DNA of 64,000 bases. Origin: Candidatus Zambryskiibacteriota bacterium. Lineage in GTDB: Bacteria; Patescibacteriota; Minisyncoccia; Phycocordibacterales; DATDWN01. The notes under the pieces are model-generated. The model saw only the letters and a program-made list of their open reading frames with translations, searched no databases and was not told the DNA's origin. Below are positions 58,601 to 64,000 of the stretch, piece by piece. Position 1 is the first letter of the stretch. Each line of letters opens with the position of its first letter. Made by a program: the position numbers and the translations under genes. The stretch is from assembly GCA_003173855.1 (NCBI GenBank), contig PPGI01000004.1:176-64175 (forward strand). Reading direction: 5' to 3'.

Positions 58601-59207
58601 CAAGTCGTTCCCAACAGTCGCAGCTGACACATTGCCAGGTACAGGAGTTGCTGACGGTAAACTTATGCGATTCAAGATTACAGCTGACTCACATGGTCAA
58701 GTTGGTATCTATCAGCTAAGCTTCAAGGTCGCTACTTCATCCTTTGCAACAGGAGGTGGTGTATCTAACGTCAAGGTAATGGTTTACTCTGATGCAGCTT
58801 ACTCACAGCCTGTGAGTGGTACATACGGAGCAGCTACAGGACAATTTGGTGCAACAGCATCTGTGTTCTCAACAAACACAACCTTCAACGTAACAGCTAC
58901 AACAAACCCACTCGAGATCCCTGCTGGAACAACTTATTACGTCCAGCTTGAATCAACAGTACAGAGCACTCAGACAGGTACATCTGTGACAACTACACTT
59001 AATGGTGATGCAGCATACATTTCTGCAGCTCACTTAGGTGCAAGCTTTGTCTCAACTACAACTGGTGCAGTTGCTGATACAAACAACAACTTTATCTGGT
59101 CAGGTAACGCTACTTCGACGGCAGTATTCAACTCAAATGACTGGGCTAACGGCTTCAGCATCTTGGGTCTTCCATCAGGTGGTTTGAGCCAGACTCGATC
59201 AAACTAA
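55692..59207 (+). CDS. Giant secreted S-layer-like protein with N-terminal coiled coil and peptidoglycan-binding (PGB1) domain
   Basis: Signal peptide (AFMPVLASA). PGB1-like block GSKGTDVMNLQKVLN...FGPLTKAAVIKFQIKFGISPAAGYVGPKTRAKL. About 1000 aa of T/S/G/A/V-rich beta repeats. Monocistronic with strong terminator. Confidence 0.55.
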   Translation: MNLTKSKTAKIAAGVVGFAMVVTAFMPVLASADTASDLQAQINSLLATIQSLQAQLAATTGGSSSVGSFSFSTNLTVGSKGTDVMNLQKVLNMSADTQVAASGPGSKGMETSTFGPLTKAAVIKFQIKFGISPAAGYVGPKTRAKLSTMGGVSSTPTPVTPGTPTGGALSVSSAVQPSNSLAPKNASRVPFTRFTLTAGASDVTVNSVTVQRSGFANDAVFSGIVLLDQNGMQVGISKTLNSNHQANLGDNFIVRAGTSQTYTVAGNMASDESSYVGQIASLDVVAVNSSATVSGALPITGAQQTVNNSLTVGTVTIGTSSFDPNNGASNSVGTTGLRFTGFRITAGSAEDLTLKSIRWNQSGSAGSNDLGNIMTVVNGVSYPTTVSADGKYYSTVFPSGIVIAKGNSVDVYVQGDLVGSGAAGRTVEFDVYKNTDLYLSGNTYGYGITAATGSGVVLTTANHATVLNTSSNPWLEGSQMSVTAGQVTLIGKASEIAAQNIATNVPNQPLGGFATNFTGEPVSVQGLWLVLSTTTTAGPTANSPFSAITNITLVDQNGAVVAGPVDATVGDGTSSHGGITPNTSGYAVVHFTDTVTFPVGRRVYTVKGKIPSAWANGATVTLYTKPSTDFTTPTGQTTGNSVDLSSQATAFTMNQMTVKGAALQVNIAAQPASQNVVGGVQGFVLANYQFDATQSGEDVRLSSMPVVITAGGAATASQLTGCQLWNGTTPLNTGSGVVNTFSSGTAKTYSFDNALIIPKGTAVTLSLACNVSSAVTSGTFQVSADSTTSDWSVTGLTSGNTVTPTFGTGSGGTMTVGTGSFAVTVDSSSPATTTVAGGASGITLGVFKFRASNEDINLTKVAIQLATGTSANIGTMYVYQGSTLLGTAIFPQGNLAIATSTLNTPFKLTRDTDVLITVKADMAAIGTGQSGVEGQPVIANVSVAEGSGLSSGLTLDVVGISTGAAGVRTFKSFPTVAADTLPGTGVADGKLMRFKITADSHGQVGIYQLSFKVATSSFATGGGVSNVKVMVYSDAAYSQPVSGTYGAATGQFGATASVFSTNTTFNVTATTNPLEIPAGTTYYVQLESTVQSTQTGTSVTTTLNGDAAYISAAHLGASFVSTTTGAVADTNNNFIWSGNATSTAVFNSNDWANGFSILGLPSGGLSQTRSN

Positions 59208-59247
59208 CTCTTGTGATTGCTTAACTAATACTTAGGCAATAGTTACA

Positions 59248-59275
59248 AAAAACACCCTTCGGGGTGTTTTTTGTT
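59248..59275 (+). terminator. Rho-independent terminator
   Basis: AAACACCC-TTCG-GGGTGTTT then TTTGTT. Confidence 0.7.
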
Positions 59276-59310
59276 ATTTAAAGTTTTTAATTAGTGAAAA
59301 TTGTGATAAT

Positions 59311-59997
59311 ATGGCAAATATGCAAAAAAAGATTCTAATCGGAATAGGCATAGCAATCGTAGTTATTTTAGGAGTGTATTTTATTTTTCGAAAAAGGAAT
59401 ACTGAAGTTCCTACTTCTCAAATGAGCAATGCTACAAGCACTCAAAATATCCCAAGTGGAATAGTCGCAACTGGAAATTATAAAATTGAACAAATAACTC
59501 CCCAAAACAGCGTTCCACAGCCTATTCCTGATTTGAATCGTTCAATTCACCCAGCCGGATCAGCCGCAGTTTCTCCTGAAGCTTTAGCGTTGGCATCTCA
59601 AAAAATTCCAATAATTCAAGCTGCACTAAAAAAAGATCCTTCACAATTTTCTGATTGGCTTAATTTAGCAATGTATCAAAAAATGGCAGGGGATTACGAG
59701 GGTACATCAATTTCTTGGCTTTATGCCTCAAGACTTGCACCAAATGATTATATTTCCCTGGGTAATTTAGGTAATTTATATGGATATTTTATAAAAGATA
59801 ATACAAAGGCCATAAATTATTATAATCAGGCAATTGCTAAGGGACCAAAGCTCGATTATCTATATGAACAATTTGCTGAATTTTACAGAGATGTTATGAA
59901 TGATAAGTCCAAAGCTAAAGCTATTATTGACGAAGGTTTAATAGAGATTCCAAATGATCCAGTCTTGCTTTCTCTTAAAAATCAGTTGAATAAATAA
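59311..59997 (+). CDS. Membrane-anchored TPR-repeat protein
   Basis: N-terminal TM. C-terminal helical repeats with TPR-like W-LG-Y-A-P patterns. Confidence 0.5.
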   Translation: MANMQKKILIGIGIAIVVILGVYFIFRKRNTEVPTSQMSNATSTQNIPSGIVATGNYKIEQITPQNSVPQPIPDLNRSIHPAGSAAVSPEALALASQKIPIIQAALKKDPSQFSDWLNLAMYQKMAGDYEGTSISWLYASRLAPNDYISLGNLGNLYGYFIKDNTKAINYYNQAIAKGPKLDYLYEQFAEFYRDVMNDKSKAKAIIDEGLIEIPNDPVLLSLKNQLNK

Positions 59998-59998
59998 A

Positions 59999-60148
59999 AT
60001 GAAGTACATTGATCGAGATTTTTTCAAATTTGTCTTTGGTTTTATGGCAATTATTACTTTGAGCATGATTATTATCATGGCTACAAGAATTTACGAGGAG
60101 AGTTCACAACAAACAGCCTCTGTAGTAGAATCCGAACGTACAAAATAA
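59999..60148 (+). CDS. Possible 49-aa membrane peptide
   Basis: MKYIDRDFFKFVFGFMAIITLSMIIIMATRIY... one TM. Overlaps the previous stop. Weak evidence. Confidence 0.2.
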   Translation: MKYIDRDFFKFVFGFMAIITLSMIIIMATRIYEESSQQTASVVESERTK

Positions 60149-60154
60149 TCCGGA

Positions 60155-60748
60155 TTGATGAAAAAATATATTCTGCTTTCGACCTCACTTTTCGTTGTCT
60201 ATAGTCTTGCCCAAGCTCGCACTTCTTCTTTTGTTTTTATTACTCCTCCTCAAGTTGTCTTACCAAACGCTATTTCAAAAGAAATAACTATTGAAGCTCG
60301 AAACGAGGATTCTAAAGTAGAAAATGTCCTTGAGACATTTGATCTAAATTTTGTTTCAACTTCTCCAACTGGAAAATTTCTAGCAAGTTCCGGCAAACCA
60401 ATCTCAAGGACAATGAATAAGAGTACAGCTCATAGAACCTTTTATTATATTGATAGTAGAGAAGGAAATTTTCTAATTTCTGTAACTTTGACTGGGAGAG
60501 GAAGCCGAGAGTCCTTTACAATAACCCAACCGATAACTATAGGACAAAAAATAATTCCACAAGCTAAAAAAGGATTAAAGACAATTGCACAAACTGAAAG
60601 GACAAATGTATCACTCATATCATCGACAAGCGATGTTTTAAGCGAAAATGTTTTTACGGCTGATCATCACCAAGGATTTTTTGAGAAAATTTCTTATTGG
60701 CCTGTACGATTTTTTGGATTTATAAAAAGATTATTTGTTGAAGGGTGA
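60155..60748 (+). CDS. Hypothetical secreted protein
   Basis: Signal peptide (LSTSLFVVYSLAQA), beta-rich. Confidence 0.4.
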   Translation: MMKKYILLSTSLFVVYSLAQARTSSFVFITPPQVVLPNAISKEITIEARNEDSKVENVLETFDLNFVSTSPTGKFLASSGKPISRTMNKSTAHRTFYYIDSREGNFLISVTLTGRGSRESFTITQPITIGQKIIPQAKKGLKTIAQTERTNVSLISSTSDVLSENVFTADHHQGFFEKISYWPVRFFGFIKRLFVEG

Positions 60749-60769
60749 TTTGACACAAAAGCCTAATTT

Positions 60770-60965
60770 CTGTACTCTAGAGCTCATAAGGTCAAAGACA
60801 GGTGGCAACCATAAGTCCGCCCGAGACAACCTCTAGACCTTATTAGGTCGAGTAGCTAAACGAGGGTTTTAGCTTTGTGTAAAGTTCGCGAAGAAGGATA
60901 AAAATAATTGGAGGCTTATCGAGTATAAGACGAGAATTATTTTTTGAACTTCGACAAAGAAATTT
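60770..60965 (+). promoter_or_regulatory. Putative ribosomal protein L10 leader (autoregulatory 5' UTR)
   Basis: About 200 nt non-coding upstream of rplJ with mutually exclusive inverted repeats (TCTAGAG/CTCTAGA and ATAAGGTC/GACCTTAT). Confidence 0.35.
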
Positions 60966-60989
60966 ACCAAAGATAAAAGCCGTAATATT

Positions 60990-61478
60990 ATGGCAGTAAC
61001 TAAAGAAAAGAAAGCAGAAGTATTAGAAAAATTAAGAAAAATCGTAAAAGATTCAGAAAGTTTAGTTTTTATAAACTTTCATTCACTTCCAGTGGAAGAA
61101 TCGAAAACGATTAGAAAAGCTCTTCGGGAAAAAGGAGTTGGCTACACTATTGCCAAGAAAACTCTGACTCGAAAAGCAATTTCTGAAGGAAAGTTTTCTG
61201 GTACGCTACCAGAACTTCCAGGCGAACTTGGAATTGTTTACGGAACTGATCCCATCGAAGGAGCACGTGGAGTTTACGAATTCCAAAAGAAACTTGATAA
61301 GAAAATTCAAATTGTCGGCGGAGTTTTTGAGGGTAAGTTTATGACAAAAGACGAGATGACCGTTATTGCTCAGATTCCTGGCCTTAAAACACTTCAAACA
61401 ATGTTTGTTAATCTTATTAATTCGCCAATACAGAGACTCGTAATAGGTCTTAATGCTATTGCTGAAAAGAAACAATAA
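60990..61478 (+). CDS. rplJ: 50S ribosomal protein L10
   Basis: MAVTKEKKAEVLEKL...VFINFHSL matches L10. Followed by rplL. Confidence 0.9.
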   Translation: MAVTKEKKAEVLEKLRKIVKDSESLVFINFHSLPVEESKTIRKALREKGVGYTIAKKTLTRKAISEGKFSGTLPELPGELGIVYGTDPIEGARGVYEFQKKLDKKIQIVGGVFEGKFMTKDEMTVIAQIPGLKTLQTMFVNLINSPIQRLVIGLNAIAEKKQ

Positions 61479-61493
61479 TTAATTATTAATAAT

Positions 61494-61907
61494 ATGGAAA
61501 CAGAAACAACAAAAGAAAAAGGCAGCGTAGAAACTCCATCAAAATTCAAAACAATTGTGGAGTCAATTGAAAAAATGTCAGTGCTTGATTTGCACGAACT
61601 AGTAAAACATCTAGAAGAAAAATTTGGTGTATCAGCTCAGGCAGTTGCCGTTGCGGCTCCGGGAAATGGTGCAGCAAGTGGAGCAGCTGAGGAAAAATCA
61701 ACATTCAATGTTGAGCTTACAGATGGTGGTGCAGCAAAAATTGGTGTTATTAAAGTAGTTAAAGAAGCATTAGGAATTGGTCTAAAAGAAGCAAAAGATT
61801 TAGTTGATGCAGCTCCTTCAATTCTAAAAGAAGGAATGAAGAAAGAAGACGCTGAAAAATTAAAGAAAGACATTGAAGCGGCTGGAGGTAAGATTACACT
61901 AAAATAA
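61494..61907 (+). CDS. rplL: 50S ribosomal protein L7/L12
   Basis: Ala/Gly-rich hinge and C-terminal KVVKEALGIGLKEAKDLVD...KEDAEKLKKDIEAAGGKITLK. Confidence 0.9.
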   Translation: METETTKEKGSVETPSKFKTIVESIEKMSVLDLHELVKHLEEKFGVSAQAVAVAAPGNGAASGAAEEKSTFNVELTDGGAAKIGVIKVVKEALGIGLKEAKDLVDAAPSILKEGMKKEDAEKLKKDIEAAGGKITLK

Positions 61908-62044
61908 GCATTGCTTATTTTAGGTAATCTTACGGTCGGAGCGGGTTACGGTCTCATCAGAGACTGTAGCGAGACATGGTCAGAGAATTTTGTGAGCGAC
62001 GGCGAACAAAATATCTATGGCAAAGTTACATTAATACACATAAC

Positions 62045-62072
62045 AAAAAGCGCCTACAAGGCGCTTTTTGTT
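62045..62072 (+). terminator. Rho-independent terminator after rplL
   Basis: AAAAAGCGCC-TACAA-GGCGCTTTTT. Confidence 0.7.
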
Positions 62073-62170
62073 ATCTCTTGTCAATCGTAGCATTTAGCTC
62101 TCAACCTGCTATGATACGAGTAGGACTTTCACAATCCCGTTTTTCTGTTATTGTGAAAGTCTTTTCTTAT

Positions 62171-62755
62171 ATGGAAACACTGTCGAAACTTTTCGGTTCT
62201 GAAGCAAAGGTAAAAATTCTTAGACTTTTTATTTTCAATCCGGAACATATTTTTGATACATCTCAAATATCCCAACGTGTTAAAGAACCCCGGCCAAAGG
62301 TGCGTAGGGAAATTTCCTTGCTAGAAAAGGTTGGCCTTGTAAAACGTCGTGGCCTAGGTACAAGAAAAAAGAAAAGTTACGGTTTTGCAGTCAATCCAAG
62401 CTTTAACTATTTTTCGCAATTACAAAATTTTCTTATAACAACTGAGCCTCTAAATCCAAAGGAGCTAATTAAAAGAATCTCTCGGCTTGGTTCAATAAAA
62501 TTGATTATTGCTGCCGGAGTATTTATCCAGGAGCCTGAAAGTCGCATCGATTTGCTTATTGTAGGTGATAACGTCAGTCCAAAAAGACTCGATAATATGA
62601 TGAAAAAAATTGAATCAGAAGTTGGAAAAGAATTAAAGTACGCTTTTTTTTCCACAGAAGACTTTAAATATCGCCTAAATATGTACGATAAGCTTGTTCG
62701 GGACGTTCTGGACTATCCACATAAGGTCATTTTAAACAAGCTTTCATTTATATGA
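62171..62755 (+). CDS. Hypothetical protein with N-terminal ArsR-like wHTH
   Basis: KILRLFIFNPEHIFDTSQISQRVKEPRPKVRREISLLEKVGLVKRR. Start trimmed to METLS because the upstream part overlaps the terminator. Confidence 0.4.
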   Translation: METLSKLFGSEAKVKILRLFIFNPEHIFDTSQISQRVKEPRPKVRREISLLEKVGLVKRRGLGTRKKKSYGFAVNPSFNYFSQLQNFLITTEPLNPKELIKRISRLGSIKLIIAAGVFIQEPESRIDLLIVGDNVSPKRLDNMMKKIESEVGKELKYAFFSTEDFKYRLNMYDKLVRDVLDYPHKVILNKLSFI

Positions 62756-62797
62756 AGCGAAGAGTATAATAAGACTATTATTGGTTAATATAGCATT

Positions 62798-63484
62798 ATG
62801 ATTTTAAATACATGGGGCAGTGTTTTGACCACTTCATTCCAGAATCTTTGGGTAGGAGTGATCACATTCATTCCGAATTTAATTGTAGCTATCGTCATTT
62901 TGCTCATTGGCTGGGCTATTGGAGCAATTGTTCAAAAGGGAATTGCTCACTTTATGAAAATGATCCAGTTTGATGAGGCATTGCGAAAAGCTGGATTTGA
63001 GGATTTAGTAAGGCGTTCGGGATTGAATCTTAATTCAGGAAAATTCCTTGGTGCGCTTGTTAAATATTTCATTATCGTCGTATTTTTGATTGCAAGTTTT
63101 GATGTTCTTGGATTAAATCAAGTAACTCTATTTCTACAGCAAGTAGTCATGGGTTATCTTCCACAACTTATCATTGCTGTATTGATTCTACTTGTTGGTG
63201 GTGTTGTTGGTGATGTTCTATCAAGAATTGTTATTGCTTCAGCTCGAACAGCTGGATTAGGCTCCGCATCATTTCTTGGTGTTGTAACTCGATGGGCCGT
63301 TTGGATTTTCGTTCTTTTGGTTGCTCTAGATAAAATGGGAATCACAGGTCCAATAGTGCAGACACTCTTTACGGGAGTTGTTGTGGCGATCTCACTTGCA
63401 CTAGGTCTTGCGTTCGGACTTGGTGGACAGGATGCTGCGAGCCGCACCATCGAACGAATTAGACACGAAGTTTCAGAGAAGTAA
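62798..63484 (+). CDS. Membrane protein with two 'conserved TM helix' repeats (MscS-associated N-terminal domain type)
   Basis: Internal duplication LIVAIVILLIGWAIGAIVQKGIAHF / LIIAVLILLVGGVVGDVLSRIVIA. Confidence 0.45.
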   Translation: MILNTWGSVLTTSFQNLWVGVITFIPNLIVAIVILLIGWAIGAIVQKGIAHFMKMIQFDEALRKAGFEDLVRRSGLNLNSGKFLGALVKYFIIVVFLIASFDVLGLNQVTLFLQQVVMGYLPQLIIAVLILLVGGVVGDVLSRIVIASARTAGLGSASFLGVVTRWAVWIFVLLVALDKMGITGPIVQTLFTGVVVAISLALGLAFGLGGQDAASRTIERIRHEVSEK

Positions 63485-63487
63485 ATT

Positions 63488-63648
63488 TCCCAAATTAGCG
63501 AACTTTAGCTGGAACTGCAAAAATTAGGGCTCACCTTACAACTCGTAAGGCTCGCGCTATTTTTCTTGTTCGCCTTGAATTTCATCTAATTTGTAAAATT
63601 TATTATATATTGCTAGAGAAATTGACCTCGGATTTCATCCAAATTTAC
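63488..63648 (+). repeat. Intergenic repeat element copy D (mosaic of E/F-type 5' end and A-type core)
   Basis: CCCAAATTAGCGAAC..., hairpin CACCTTAC-AACTC-GTAAGGCTC, CGCCTTGAATTTCAT, ending GACCTCGGATTTCATCCAAATTTA. Begins 4 nt after the stop TAA. Confidence 0.75.
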
Positions 63649-63781
63649 TATTTTTCGCTACTTAAGAGGTGTGGTTTGACACAATTTTTGCCTTCGTATA
63701 TACTTTCTTTTGTCACAGATATGTTAAACAATCACCTAATTTTAGAGCGGTATAAATAACGTGCTTATTTGCGTGTTGTTC

Positions 63782-63812
63782 GAAAATCCCGCTCTACAAA
63801 GCGGGATTTTCA
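63782..63812. terminator. Perfect bidirectional hairpin
   Basis: GAAAATCCCGCT-CTACAA-AGCGGGATTTTC. Confidence 0.5.
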
Positions 63813-64000
63813 ATTCTGCGGTGAGAGTTAGAACAGTCTTGTAAATTGAAAACTGAATTCCATCACATTTTTAAGATTCGAACTTTTGTTCGGGGTCTTT
63901 TCGGAAATGTAGATGGGTAGGTAAAAAGTAAAAGTAAGTAAATAAAAGTGTTACATAAGATTCATTTTATGTAACAGGATAATATGTTAAGTGGTTTTTA

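Noticed and set aside
61976-62170. N-terminal 65 aa of the ORF-track 61976..62755 gene
   Set aside because: That part overlaps the rplL terminator hairpin (62045-62072). The protein is trimmed to the Met at 62171.
4084-63648. CRISPR array
   Set aside because: The repeats are 110-160 bp, irregularly spaced tens of kb apart, and always intergenic. No cas genes are present.

Overview
The window is a low-GC (about 30-35%) bacterial fragment whose gene content and architecture look like a Candidate Phyla Radiation (Parcubacteria/OD1-like) genome. Proteins are small, and core information-processing genes dominate: ruvA, fpg, ruvX, recA, ftsK, recO-like, ssb, efp, nusG, secE, ribosomal proteins S20, L19, S6, S18, L11, L10 and L7/L12, and the tRNA synthetases ArgRS, IleRS, GlyRS and MetRS. 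There is also a pilM/N/O-like operon, several giant secreted surface proteins, and at least six tRNAs. Embedded in this backbone are accessory features, none of which I can confirm without searches.
(1) A mosaic family of about 120-160 bp intergenic repeats occurs six times, each abutting the stop codon of the upstream gene and carrying a covarying hairpin.
(2) A roughly 3.6 kb higher-GC island sits between rplK and dut. It encodes an NT5C-like HAD nucleotidase, a ParB/Srx-like protein, a dCMP deaminase, and a thymidylate-synthase-superfamily enzyme with a novel 200-aa N-terminal extension. It is a candidate pyrimidine (hyper)modification or thymidylate module of foreign origin.
(3) The IleRS carries a histidine-phosphatase (PGAM-like, RHG motif) domain inserted into its catalytic core, and its HIGH motif is degenerate.
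(4) A second small higher-GC islet of four tiny ORFs lies between efp and recA.
(5) There is a 1247-aa tail-fibre-like surface protein with an S74 intramolecular chaperone domain plus a DUF5011 Ig domain, and a 1171-aa S-layer-like protein with a peptidoglycan-binding domain.
(6) A non-canonical tRNA-His candidate and a duplicated tRNA-Leu 3' end (an att-like scar) are present.
(7) rplA is absent from the split secE-nusG-rplK ... rplJ-rplL cluster.
All calls rest on reading the sequence and on remembered family motifs; no database searches were run.
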